DNA of 64,000 nt from the NCBI GenBank assembly GCA_028534125.1, contig CM052817.1, forward strand, positions 90,336,001-90,400,000. Reading direction: 5' to 3'. The position numbers and the translations under genes are program-made. The notes beneath the pieces were generated by a model. It was not told the origin of the DNA. It saw only the letters and a list, made by a program, of their open reading frames with translations, and made no database searches. Below are positions 51,539 to 64,000 of this stretch, one piece after another; the stretch's first letter is position 1; each line of letters starts with the position of its first letter. This DNA comes from Lama glama (lineage: Eukaryota).

Positions 51539-51731
51539 GAGGGTTGCCAAATTCAGCAAATGGAAATATAAAACACCCAGTTAAATTTGAAATTCAGATA
51601 AGCAATGACTAATTTTTTTTCCAAGTAAGTATATCCAAATATTACAGGAGAATCACTTATACTAGAATTTTTCATTGTTTATCTGAAATTCAAATGTAAC
51701 AGTGAGTGCCATGTTTTCTCTGATAACTCTA
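51539..51731. mobile_element. MER53 palindromic hAT MITE
   Basis: agggttgcca..cccagttaaatttgaaattcagataa ... ttgtttatctgaaattcaaat.taac ... ctgataactcta; arms are self-complementary. Confidence 0.92.
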
Positions 51732-52539
51732 CCCAGGGGTACACCTAAGCGGAGGAGGATTCTCACCAGGAGGTGCTCTTCGACCACAGCCATCTGTCAC
51801 AGATGAATGGCAGAAGGTGGAGGAGCAGTGGCTTCCCCGGGAAGGCCAGCTCAGCCCCCCAGGCCTCCAGATGCATCTGTGAGACCATCACACCTGAGAC
51901 AACCCAGGCTTCATCTCGTGTGCCATAGGCCACCAAGCCAAGCTTTGAACACTCCACATGGCTAAAGGTACAGAATCCAACCCTTCCCTACTGTAAAATT
52001 TCTCTGATATCATTCACAACATTCCAGAAAGTGACTCAGCCTCCCACACCATAACCTTTCTCTAAATGCCTTCACAAAGAGTTCATCACTCAAGTGGGAT
52101 AAAAAAAAAAATTACTCCATTTAAAGTATGATGTCCTCCTTGCCTGTCTTGTAGACTGCATCAAACAAACTGGCCAGATACAAAGTTCCATCTAAGTTCA
52201 GATGCTGGTAAAAATGATGACTCAGTTTTGTTTGTATAATCTTTCATTTCACTGTTGAAAAAGAAGCCAAAAATAAACATATGGCTTCTGTCACCTGACT
52301 AGTTTGCCACTAAGGGGCATCCAGTGTGTGGCAGTCTTAACGGCCCAGCAGCATTTGCAAGCTGATTTTCCACCATGCAGAGCCTGCTTTCCAGGGGAAC
52401 ATGTTGCAGGTCACAAACCTTCACCAACCTGAGACTGGCTCCGACCTCCCCAAGGGGCTGGAGAACCACGAGAACACATCCTCGAGAGTTATTTATAAAA
52501 AGTGGAGCAAGACAGAGCCCCCATGTATTCATTTGATGG

Positions 52540-53376
52540 AATTATGTGTGATACAGGATGAACTAAGAATTAATGAACATATACAATCTGTAAATAGTAT
52601 GTTTAAATCACTTTTAAAATGACATAAAACTCAATAGGAAAATAGGTAAATTGTAAAACAGGCAACTCACAGGAAAAACACAAAATTGACTCAATACATA
52701 AACTCGCAATAGCCAAGGGATTGAAAATTGAAATGCACACCCTAAGTAGCATTTTCATCCATTAGATTTTTAAAAATTGAAAAGATAGATAATATCCGGA
52801 ATTGACAATGATGAGGGAAAAGAGGCAGTATCATATAGTATTGCTGAAGAAAATGTAAAATGATAATGCCTATTTAAACAGCATCTTTTTTTAAGTATTA
52901 ATACTCATCAATTTACCAATTCCACTTTGGGTATATATCTTAGTGAGACTTCTGCACTGTACCAAGAGCAATGAAAAGAAACAATATTGCATGCAATAAC
53001 CAAAAGTTGTAACTAATCTAAATCTACAAGATATAATAAATACATCAACACTATAGAATAGGCAGTAATTTCAAATTATACATGCATGTATAAATTAAGA
53101 TATCTAAAATATTTTGTTAAATGAAAAGAGTAATTTTCAGAAAAACAGGGACTTGATTTTATTTGTGTAGAAGTAAGCAAAATCAAAATATACTTAGTAA
53201 GTAGAAAAACATTCGCATGGATAAAGACCAACTAATATTAATAATAGTTGAAAAGAGTGCAATTTGGGGAGAGGAAAGGAGAAAGTTTTCACTCTTACTT
53301 TGTATGTTTGAAATTTTAAAATAACCATGGATTTATGTATTGTATAATTGTAAATGCATAAACACACACATATATA
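52540..53376 (+). mobile_element. L1ME-like 3' region
   Basis: aaaggc/caggcaactcacagg, caattccactttgggtatatatct, atattttgttaaatgaaaa. Confidence 0.7.
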
Positions 53377-53881
53377 TATAGTGGAATAAGAGTGATCACA
53401 CATTTTTTGAGATTCCTTCCTTTGACAGGTGACATCTGTGTACCTTCCCCTTGGATCGGGACTCTGTCTATTAAGTTGTACTGACTAATAAAATATGGCA
53501 GCATTGATGCTGAAACAGTTCCCAGGCTCAGGTCTTGACAGATTGGCCACTTCTGCTTCTGCTCTCTTGGAACATTCAGTCTCAGGTTGTTCCCTGTGGG
53601 AGACTAGCCAGCATGCCGTGAGAAGCCTGAGTCACGGGGAGTCAACAGTCGCCCGGCCAGCAGTCAGTATCTAGGACAGGCCACGTACGTGCGCCATCTT
53701 GGACCTTCAGCCTAACTGAGCCTTCAGCACATACTACTACAGCACCAAAGACTGCACATAACAACTGCCCAGCCGGGCCCAGACGGCACACAGAATTATG
53801 AGAGATAATTATAAGTTGTTGTTTTAAGTCACTCACTAAGCTTCGGGATGGTTTATCACATGGCAATAGTTAACAGGAACA
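53377..53881 (+). mobile_element. MaLR solo LTR, MLT1H-like
   Basis: gccatcttgga..ttcagcc, aactgcccagc, cacagaattatgagaga..gttgttttaag, gcaatagttaac.ggaaca end. Identical 5-bp flanks atata at 53372-53376 and 53882-53886. Confidence 0.88.
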
Positions 53882-55619
53882 ATATAAACAATATGCTTTA
53901 AAACACTCAGCAATGTATATAATAGGGCTTTAAACTATGGAGAAGAATACAAAATATCAAATCTACGTACCTGGAAAAAGTTAACGAACATAAGTCAAAG
54001 TCAAAGTTTATTTTTACTGCCTAGCACAGTCTTTGACATGTAGCAAATTTTTCATAAATATGGTAAAATACAGACAAAAGAGAGCCGTATAGTTAAGAAA
54101 AGGTTGAGAGGGGAGGTTATCTACCTAAGTGAAAATGATAAATATGTTTTCTCTAGGATTCATCAAAGTCCCTCAGCAATTCAGAAATTACATATTCTAT
54201 TTTATTTCACATGTGGTTTGTTGTGATCATCTATTTATACATAGTTAATACTTTACCTAACAAAAGAAAGGAAGACATAAATAATCATGCTTTGCCTCTG
54301 ATGCCTTCAGTTTGCCCAGAAAAGTTTATATACATAGTTTTACATAAACATAAAAAAGTTTCTAATAAAATTATGGAAATATTTTAGTGAGTAAACCTAG
54401 AAGACTTTGCTTGAAGATATGCATTTAAAGCACAATCATAATGCCTCTTTGTAGCAGACCATATAATAATTGTGATATTATGAGATGAGACAATATTATA
54501 GGCTTCTTCAAACGGAGGGAAGGTTACCTCCTAAAGAAGCAAGGCTCACCTAACGAGTTTTGAGTTCAGAATTTTGAATAACATGATAGTTTTATCCTGA
54601 ATAGCTGCAAATATGTACATTGTATTTCCAGACTGTTGGTGTTGAATGTAACCCACTGTTTGTTATTTTAAAGAATGCTGACATTGGGAGGAGGCTACTT
54701 ACTACAGGATAATACTGGGGAAGATGAAAGGCTGACAGAGCACATGAAGGGGCCATGACCACACAGTCCCTGGGATGGCCTACGGTTTGGGGCATAAATA
54801 TTACGGCCACTGATGAAACAATAAAAAAGGACATTTCATAATATTAGCACTGAGGTAAATTATCATCAGGCTATGAAGAGAACGTCACACATACTTGAAA
54901 GGAAACCAAGAGACCCCCTGCTCCTAGACATACAGTCAGAACAGCTTGTCTCAGTGCGCCCCTCCGATCGACAACCACCATCGTCACTGAACAAAATAAA
55001 CAGAAAACAAGCAATGAAAATCAGATTCTTTGTGGCACTACAGAGTGATCATGGCATCAAGATTTGAGGGCTCGTGATCTCAGAGAAAAAGGCAAAATCA
55101 TTGAAGGGAACTGACATTTTCTCATTATTTTCCTTGAAGTATTTGTTTATTCTTAATCCACGTGCATTAAGAGAAGAATCCAAAATTAAAGTGGCATCAG
55201 AGAAGCTGAGAGTTGAGCAGAGCTTTCAGCAATCTCACAACACACGGAAAGAATCATCGAAATTTGGGTTACCATAGCAGCCAGGACTTGGCGAGCCAAG
55301 CACCTAGGGAAAAAAGGAAATAATGGAGAAGGGACACAATGTTCTGAGCTGCACTGTCACTTGAAACGTGTAGATTCCAGAGTTCCATGGGGTGAGAAGG
55401 TGAAGGTGGCAGAGTGGAAGCAAAGAGGCTAAGAACCTAGGCAGAGCTGCTGGCAATCTCTTATCGCTGGGGAGACAAAAACTCGTGTGGGCTTCCAGAG
55501 GAGGAGGTTTTGATTAAGGCACTGCTTTCACTTGAGACTCAAGTAGAGTTTTCATGCATTACTAGTGGAAATGTAAATTCTTCCACTGACCTTGCAGAAC
55601 AAGAATGGGTATTTTTGTT

Positions 55620-55922
55620 TTGGCAGAGGGAGATCCTGCCTTACAAAGTCACTCAGGAATCGAGGCTGTCAGTGGCCCCAATATCTTCAAAATACAGCTT
55701 CCAAGTGAAATACGTCTCTTACTCCACTGCAGAATGGGTGATACAGACGGTAGAGAGAAAACAGTTATGGGCTAGGTCTTATAAGTGGTCAACATCGCTT
55801 CCATCCACATGCCACTGGCAGGAACTCAATTATATGGCCACCTTTCACAGCAAGGGGACTTTAGCTCTGAATCCAAAAGGCAGGTAAATAAATTTGATGA
55901 ACAGCTAGCCAATCTCTGCCAT
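55620..55922 (-). mobile_element. MaLR LTR fragment (MLT1J/K-like)
   Basis: agtcactcagga.tcgaggctg, catcgcttcca.ccacat.ccactggc.ggaactca, tgaacagctagc.a.tctctgcca. Confidence 0.65.
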
Positions 55923-57575
55923 GGTCTGTTTCTCATCATTTACATACATATAAAATAGCATTCCTTAAACATAAAGACGTAAGACATAAAAATGCTTAAT
56001 AGATATTTCATATCTTAATTTTATTTTACTACATGCAAGTGAAATTTCTCTATGAACACCAGTCTCTTAGAACAGGTAGTTGCCTTACACTAAAAGGACA
56101 ACTATCTAGGCTCAAAAGGTTATCCTCAAGCTTTTTGCTGATTTAACAGGAAAATTTAATAGAAACTCCTTTAGTTCTCACTTTATGCACACCAGTGATA
56201 AAACTGTTACAAATAGAAGGAAATTCTACAGAGTTGAAAAACTAATGATATAAGCAGCTATGAAAGACTGTATCGCCATGTAGGATGGATAATCACAGCC
56301 CGTACTGGAAGTCTTAAAATAGAAGTTCTCATGGCATTCTGGGCATTAACCCTTTACAAAAGCTAAACAAATTGCTTTGTGATTAATCTCTAATTTGAAT
56401 CTGCCACGGTAAATGATCCTAAGCAGTTACTTTTAAGAGATGTCATTTTCAGCAATTTATTTTATTATGCTTTTGAAATTCACCCACTAGTGTTAAAGGA
56501 TAAATGTAAACCTGTGGGTGCTATCCCCGTCACTGTGTCGTTCACTAAGATTTTTCCAGGGAGATTAGAATGTGTTTTCTGCAGAGGTATTAACTTACCA
56601 AGCTTTATTTTCGCAATCAAGGAATTGCAAATAAGCACAAGGAGAGGTCACCATTAGGCAGAAAATGTATTGATTCCTGTGTCCTTCATTTATCATGAAA
56701 TTTACATTATAAATTTCATCCTAGTACATAGAAACTTTTTTTTTGTAATAGTTTACCTTGCCTTTAGCCAAGTTTAAACAAGAATTGGGAATTATGTATT
56801 TTTAACAGAAACATTTTAAAATACTTTGCTCCCTAATTTTTATAGTTTGTTCAATTAATGTTGAGAGAGCAGCCAGATAAGGAAAGAAAGCTCTCTGCTA
56901 ACATTTAACTTGGCTAACATCTGTTAAGCACTCTTTCCTTGTTCTTTACATATATTGTCTTAATTATTTTACGTCTCCAATTCGTCTCACCTCTCATGGA
57001 ACGTGGCTATTATAGGGACTGACATTCAAGTGCTTTGCCCCGTGTGACTTAATTAGCACCTTTCCTTCTGACTAGACCATGCCTTTCTGGTCATTAAATA
57101 TCTGAAGGATCCTCTCTGGGAATTACTATCCCATTTTATAGAGATAAGCACTGTGAGAGAAAAGAAGCATCAACAACCATTGATAAATGCACGTCTGGGA
57201 GAAGATGGAGTAGAGACACAAATATATTAAAGTCCAAGGAACAGAATCTTTATAACATGTTATACTTAATGCTCATATAAAACAAATCACAATCTGTATT
57301 TATTCATATACTTACTTTTGCATGACTTATTAAATCATAACTTTTTAAAACTTGAGTAACATATGAGGAAAGCATTTCCATGCATTAAAACATGTGCTTA
57401 ATTATCAAAATGAAAAATCACAAATTATCAGAGTGTTATGAAAATTGAATCCAGTGTGTCTGATGTTATCTGTGCTTTGACTCTTCCTTTACCATAAGCA
57501 GACTATCACAACATTATCGCAAACCAAATAACTAAAGTCCTGAAAATAGCAAGGTAATAGTTTTGATGTGGGCAA

Positions 57576-57599
57576 GTGTGTGTGTGTGTGTGTGTGTGT
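57576..57599 (+). repeat. (GT)12 microsatellite
   Basis: Seen directly. Confidence 0.98.
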
Positions 57600-57663
57600 A
57601 CTTGAGAATATAAAAGGTAGCAGAACTTGAAGGTAGCAAGTGGGAGTTTCTTTCTTTCTTCAC

Positions 57664-57793
57664 TTTTTTTTTTTTTTTGGTTGGGGGAGGTAATTAGGTT
57701 TATTTATTTATTCTTAGAGGAGGGACTGGGGATTGAACCCAGGACCACTTGCATGCTAAGCATGCGCTCTACCACTTGAGATATACCCTCCTC
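57664..57793 (-). mobile_element. tRNA-Ala(AGC)-derived SINE, Vic-1-like (camelid)
   Basis: Reverse strand ggagggtatatctcaagtggtagagcgcatgcttagcatgcaagtggtcctgggttcaatccccag has an A box, a B box and the CTTAGCAT anticodon loop, then (aata)n, cctaattacctccccc and a poly(A) tail. Confidence 0.9.
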
Positions 57794-58681
57794 CCTCCTT
57801 TACCTTTATTTTACTCACACACATACACACAAAAACATTTACAACATAAAAGAAATCTTTTTCTCCCCCACATGACAATGATGAGATACCTTTAAATAAA
57901 GCAATCATATGTATTGCTTTGTTTTGTTATCCTTAGACTAATAAAATTAGGGAATTTGAGTATTTATGATTATAATAAAAATTTGGCAATCACCACAACT
58001 TATTCATATTTACAAAAATACATGGCATCTGGCTCTATCTGGAGGGAATCTATACCTTAGTCCAATCTTAGTTCCCTACAACATATCCATAAATCCCCAA
58101 ACAGCTAATCATGAAAATATTAATGAAATGAGCACATGCTTTATTTATAAGTCTTGGCTTCTTAGGCCCTTATTACATTGCCAGAGAAGAGGGATATTAA
58201 AATAAATGATATCTGTGTTCAGCACTGAAAATAAATCAAAAGAGCCACAATGTCAGTTATAATAGATTCCAGTCAAATGTCATTTTGCCACCCTAAACTG
58301 AATCGACATTTTCAACAATTCTAGAACAATTTCAGCTAGCTGTAATTGGCTAAGTGGAATAATTAAAAACCCCAAATATATAAAGTATTGCAAGATAATA
58401 CTTTATATGGTATCAATAAATCAATATCCTTAACACATTTTAGATTTTTCAGAATTACATATTAGGGATTTACACACTGAATCATAAGCTTGTAATTCAC
58501 TACACACTTTATATTTATAAAAGTCATCAGTATAACTTATGGTAGTGCTTTGTAAAAGCAGAATTTTCTTCTTTTTGAGCTTGTTAAGGTGAAATATTTG
58601 GCTAGAGCAAAAAATAATTGTTTGTTGGAAGCATACTCATTCACAAAATCATAAAGGAATAGGTGGATGTTGAGGCTGGCC

Positions 58682-58700
58682 TCACCTCCAGGGGGCGCCA
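58682..58700 (+). promoter_or_regulatory. Predicted CTCF binding site
   Basis: TCACCTCCAGGGGGCGCCA is a near-consensus CTCF core in non-repeat sequence; the CpG is retained. Confidence 0.75.
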
Positions 58701-59659
58701 TTCTCACTGGACAGTTGTGCGGTTTACAGCCACATGTAGTGCCTCTGGGTGGAATGATCTCCAGAATCCACTATCCAAACAAACGATATGTCTTCTCTAA
58801 AGTCTAGACTATTACATTTCCTTATCCTTTGCAAAAAAAAAAAATTCATGGCATTTCAAATGGTTTGGGCCTCTTATCCGCTGAGCAGCTGACTTTTTGT
58901 GAAACTTCTCTTTCCTCAATTAGTCTTGCCCTGGCTGCTCCTGCAGAGGCTTATAAAGCCATTTTTCCATTAGAGACATTTTAAACCCCCATCTCTCCAG
59001 GCACCCGTGCCTTTGAACAGCTCTAACACATCTAATCTGTACATTCATCTAGCTGCTTAGACTTGGCTAATTCATACATATGGCAGCAGTCAAAATTTAA
59101 TAGAAAGTGCATTTAAAATTGTGTTCAAAACAAAGTATGGCCTAAAACAGGAATGGCAAGTTGAATCTGCCATGAATTTACGATGTCTCACAAACGACCC
59201 ACCACAGAGTTACACTCTCATCAAGAATGACCAGTTAATTAACCTTCGTATAATTCAAAGTCATTTACTCATTACTGCAGGCAAGCAAAGTCATCACAAG
59301 GATAGCATACTCCTTCTTCTCAGTACGAGGAAATTGTCACCTTTATTCTCCAGAATTCCTGTCTTTGGATCTCAGCACCAAAACTCCTGCCTTGCTTTTA
59401 TGTTATAACAAAATAATATTAACAATTCAAAATACAGCAGATGGTGACAATATCAAAAACACAACAGATTTGCTAATAATTTACTTTCCTATCTTTATAA
59501 AAATCATTTACATAAAAATGCCACTGTGACATTTACTATTTCATAAATGTATTCTGTATTTAGTTGACTACAGTCCAGGTTTGAGGACTCTTTAAAACAT
59601 CTCATCTTGGTATCTCTCCAAAAAGAAATAGGTAACTTCTTTAAAAGTTTTCCCTGTGG

Positions 59660-60540
59660 ATACCTACTGTACAACTGATGCTTTCAAAATGTCCATTCCC
59701 AGCTTAAACGTCTCTCCTGGGTTTGCAACCTCTACTATTTCTCAGCACATCCATTTAATTCTCATTCTAAAATTGAGCTCACCATCCTCCCCACAAACCT
59801 GATCTACTGTCCTGCTCCCTATCTTAGTAAATAGCCCTGCCGTTTATCCCAGTTACTCCAGATAGAAACCTAGGTGTTAACCTGGACATCAACTTCTCCA
59901 TCATCTTTCACATCTACACAGCCACAACCTGTACATACTGCCTCCTAAGTATTTCCGTCATCTCTGCTTCCCTGTCCCCAGTGTGAAAGCTTCCTGGTCC
60001 AGCCATCAGATTCCCCTGCTTGGGCAACTGGAGCAGCCTTATCTCTCCAATTCCAGTCTTGCCCCATTACAATCTACCCTCCATTCTGAGAGGATAAAAT
60101 CCACACTTCTTAAGTTCCCTCCATGAATTCTTCCCAACATGTTTTTCCACCCTCAAATTCCAGAATGCTCACCATTCCTTCACAGGGACTGTGTTACAAT
60201 GCTTTCAGTTTCGCTCACAAATTATGATCTCTTACCATTGCGTGGTCAGACTTTCTGCAGCATCAGCCTGAAATTCACCCCAAAAGCCCCTGGGTGACAC
60301 CTGTCCATCATTCATTTATCAGTTTGAACATTACAGAGGCCAGGAGACCTACTCTGGCCTATTACAAGATTAAATCATGTCCCTGCCTGGATTCCCAAAG
60401 GTATTTCCCCTATAAGTAACACTCTCTCTCATATCCTCTCTTGTCCCTCTTACTTATCTCTTGTGAGCTTTTAAATCTGTGTGGGTGTGGCTCTCTTCCT
60501 CATTCACCTGTGTAACGCCAGTCTCTATCACATGTCTATG
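59660..60540 (+). mobile_element. L2 LINE fragment
   Basis: aaattgagctcaccatc..ccccacaaacctg, ccctatcttagtaaat.gc, agaaacctaggtgt..acctgga, aggataaaatcca.acttctta. Confidence 0.85.
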
Positions 60541-60649
60541 ATTTTAAAGCAGAAACTTCTAGCTTGAGGGTCAGACTTTAGACATAATATGAAAGAAACT
60601 GAAATATTTTTTTAAAAGCCAACAGATTGGGAGGAGAGGGATTTTTAGC

Positions 60650-60882
60650 ACCCTGGGCTCTGAGTCAGATAGCCCGGTTCAAAACTTAGATCTGTCCCTC
60701 ACTAGTGGTGTGACCTTGGGCAAGTTACTTAAACATCGCTGTGCCTCAGGTTGCTAATCTGTAGTGTGAAGACAGTTATACTTACCTCACAGCTTTACTG
60801 TGAAGGTTAAAGGATAAAATACAGTGCTTACAATAGTGCCTGGCACAGAGAAAAGCTACAGTAAATCTTTATTATTATTACT
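60650..60882 (+). mobile_element. MIR SINE
   Basis: ggctctgagtcaga..ggttcaaa..tgtgaccttgggcaagttacttaa..gtgcctggcacag. Confidence 0.92.
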
Positions 60883-60902
60883 AATGTTTTAAGCAGGAAA
60901 AT

Positions 60903-61020
60903 GTAGAGTCAGACTGTGTTCAAAGCCTTACTTTGATACACTCTAAATCTTGTCATCTTGGTCAAGTGACTCCACTTTTGTAAAGTGTCAGATTCCTCTT
61001 CTTCATAAAACAGGGGACAG
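60903..61020 (+). mobile_element. MIR fragment
   Basis: tagagtcagactg.gttcaaa..tcttggtcaagtgact. Confidence 0.65.
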
Positions 61021-62009
61021 AAAATGCTTGGCAAAAACAAACCAACTAATGTTAATGTTATGCTATATTAGACAGTTGAATTGAGAGAGAGGAAAGTTCT
61101 TGCTTTAAGTTGAAATCTTGTTCACTTAAAGTCGTAGCATTAGTAAATCTGACATATAAGCTACAGTTCCTCTAACCTCAGTTAAAAATCTTTATCACTT
61201 ACTGTAATTAAAAATAGATGAACCTACAGTGCACATTAGGTACAAATGCCCAAGAGAGCCAAATGCAAGAAATTAAAATTAATAGTAACTTGTATGAAAA
61301 GAAACTTCCTGTGAAATGGCTCATCTGGGGGGAAAAATGCAATTTCTTTTTTTCTATAGAATAAAGGTAAAATATTTACTCTTGCTGTTTTTAGATTGCC
61401 TCTCAGGAGTACTGAAGGTTACAGCTCTGGACATAACTTTATAGATTTTTTCTTATGTATATTCTTTTAAACATAGATTATGTTACAGTAACTCTATCAA
61501 CTGAAAGATAAAAATTTTAACTATTTCTACTATGTTCTCCTTGGGTCACAAAATTTTAATAACATTTCTCTGGTTCCCTCATTCCGTTGTGTAGCATTTA
61601 CTGTGATAGAACTTGTCATCCAGGACTCATTCCCTTGCTGTTTCATCATGCTGAACCAGAGGAAGTTTTAACTAATATTAAATCATGATTATCAGCAAAC
61701 TCATCAAGGCATTGTATTTAAGTCATTTACCTTTATTCCATGCTGAATGGAATCCTCATGTGTGAAATCCTAATATACTATTTATTAGCCAAACTGCTCA
61801 CAATATGTACAGATCGTTTAGCAGCTGTCCGTATCAGCATGTCTGCCTTTGCATAGGGTTTTAAATGTCCTACTGAATGATGCAAAGGGAAGAAGTGGAT
61901 TCTAATACATCATGAGACAAGTAGCCAAAATGTTCTGAGCTAAATCAGAGGCAAAGCACCACAAATCAAGCAGACCCTTCACTTATGAACGAGAACAGAG
62001 CTTCTCTAA

Positions 62010-62295
62010 GGTTGCAAGACTGCATTCCTGGCTCTGAAATAATTCCAGTAGGGGTGGCAGTAGACTGGAGTTCCAGGCAGAGGTGTGGAGGGTGGGTGTG
62101 GCAGCAGTTTAGTGAGCAAGCCAGGTCTGCAGCATGGTTTGGGGCAATGTTCCTGGAAGCTGAGTCTTGAGCCTGTTTATTTAGTCACCTTAGCATTCTA
62201 TGAGTTACCCATTGAAAAAATAAAAATAAATGCTTTTCCTCCTTCATCAGTAAGAGTCCACTTCTGTTGCTTTTAACAAGAATTTCTATGAATAG
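62010..62295 (+). mobile_element. ERVL LTR 3' part (LTR33/LTR41-like)
   Basis: ttcctggaagct..tt..gcc..ttctatgagttaccca..aataaatgctttt..cagtaagagtccacttctgttgctt.taacaagaa. Confidence 0.55.
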
Positions 62296-62399
62296 CCTAA
62301 CACAGAATTCTTTTAACAACTCCAAAGGGATCCAGTCTAGCTGGAATTGCATCGAGAGTGGGAGAGAAAGAATGGAGCAATTAAAATTTTAAATTATCA

Positions 62400-62620
62400 T
62401 TTTCAAATGCTAATCATTACCAGGCTCTGTGTTGAAGCTTGTCACACATCATCTCATTTAATCTCCACAATAGCTTAATGAGAACAATATTATCCCTATG
62501 ATGTCAGAGAGGAAATAGGGACAGAGATTAATTAACTTGCCCAAGGTCTCAGTGCTACTGATTACCAGAGCCCTGTGACACTGTAGCTCTAGGTCACCAG
62601 TATTCTTGCTTATGGCCACT
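62400..62620 (-). mobile_element. MIR SINE
   Basis: catctcatttaatct.cacaa..gaggaaa..gg.acagaga..ttaa.taacttgcccaaggtc.cag. Confidence 0.88.
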
Positions 62621-64000
62621 CAGTTGTTTCATATTGCTGATACGTTTGAAGCAAGGAGGTAATGAATCAGCTCACCATTTGCACCAGCTATTGTCATCCA
62701 CACAACTCTCTTTTTTCCAGATGGCTATAATAAATGTGAAAGTACTGGCTGACTCCCTGTCCTTTCTTGGCACTTTTCCCATGTTTATCTTCAGGTCCGG
62801 GGTCCTTCGAGTGTAAGCCCTGTATCTGCACTTTAGCACATTAAACATCAACTTTCAACCCTACCTAGATGAAGAGGTTCATCTTCCCTAGATGTCAACA
62901 TAAAGTCAGAGCCATCCTTGATCTTCTCTTGTCAGATCTAGGACCACTTAAAGAATACATTTTTATATGGGTTTGTTTTAGAAGGAATCCACCAACTTGA
63001 AACACAAAAGCTTCTCAAAATCCAAGTTGAAAAAATATTTTAAAATTCTCTGGAAATCGACAAGGCAGATCCCAATTCGAGGTGTAATTAACACTATTAA
63101 TCATTTATTATCTCTAAAAATATATGACTACAGAAGCAAAGTCCTTCAAGAGATTAAAAAAATAGATTTTAAAAATACAAACAACATTTAAAAAATTCAT
63201 ATCATTTATAGAATACCAACAGTCAAAAAAAATCTCTGCAAAGAAATCTAAACTATGTGTTTGTTTCCCCTACTCCCAAAAAGGTCCCCAATATCTTTGC
63301 AAGGGACTACCGAAGAGGGGCACTTAAAGTCCAAATAAAACATTAAGTAAACAACAGAAAATACATGTGGAAAATATTTGACTGAATAGATATATAACCA
63401 GCACCCATCTCTAAGGATTTCTCTTGCAGGTTACTTAATTGACCTCAATCCTTCACAGACACAGTGTCCATCATGACATCATACAGACCATTTTCCTAAA
63501 TAATGTAAGTTAGACACCCAAGCAGAAAACTTTCCTTCGGTGCTAAGTCTCCCTTTCTGGAGACTTCTCTTCCCAGTTTGTCTTCTGTCTCCCTCTGTGA
63601 CCTCAGAACCTATCAATCTGCGCCCACTTCATTGGCCACTCCTGTTGTTTCCTATGAGGCTGACTTGATTTTATTACATGTTTTTCACTTTTGTTTTTAT
63701 TTCTACATTATATCTGTGCTTAGCACCATTTCCCTACCTGTGTATATGGGGATGGTTCTAATTCCCCATTTTTGTCTCTCTGCATATTTTGATCAGTTCC
63801 TGGGAAGTCTTTTCATAGTATCAACTCCAAGCTCCAAAAGAGTAGGGACTTACGGGATTTTTGATCATCACTTTGTCCCCAGTAACTAGATCACCTACTA
63901 CCGTCATTATCCTTAGGTACTGGTTCTTCCTACTTAGCAGAGGGTAGTTAAGCTATAATCTGCTTTCACAGATTTTGGAAACAAACAGATGAGCTAGCAT

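Noticed and set aside
56592..56730. Possible 122-nt minus-strand exon (DEIYNVNFMINEGHRNQ...) with donor gtaagtt
   Set aside because: Poor polypyrimidine tract and an unrecognised peptide; joining it to the 49.9-kb candidate creates a stop codon.
57715..57793. tRNA-Ala-like sequence
   Set aside because: The acceptor stem is not tRNA-like, and it is followed by a SINE body and poly(A), so it is a SINE rather than a tRNA gene.
62705..62818. + strand acceptor ctctcttttttccag and downstream gtaagc donor
   Set aside because: Isolated, with no recognisable peptide, and opposite to the strand suggested by other evidence in this part of the window.

Overview
Mammalian nuclear DNA, not prokaryotic. 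It is AT-rich, CpG-poor and dominated by transposable elements. A tRNA-Ala(AGC)-derived SINE resembling the camelid Vic-1 family, a recurring young L1 3' UTR and an artiodactyl-type Tigger1 deletion derivative suggest a camelid (alpaca or camel). That assignment is from recalled consensus sequences, not a search. Much of the window is nested L1 copies of several ages, MaLR/ERVL solo LTRs (three with visible 5-bp TSDs), hAT/Tigger DNA-transposon relics (Charlie1, MER5A, MER53, MER58B, Tigger1), an L3/CR1 relic, L2, MIR and microsatellites, plus three N gaps. No intact protein-coding gene was recognised; ORF-track entries are L1 remnants or chance ORFs. Weak, unconfirmed signs of host genes are a possible 33-nt exon (5861-5893) and terminal exon (from 21380) on +, and possible exons near 40.9-41.0 kb and 49.9 kb on -. 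Two strong, divergently oriented CTCF motifs lie at 36.35 kb and 58.69 kb. I found no convincing novel biological system. The best leads are an L1 inserted into a putative 3' splice site, two copy-specific palindromes, a MER53 hairpin and the CTCF pair.
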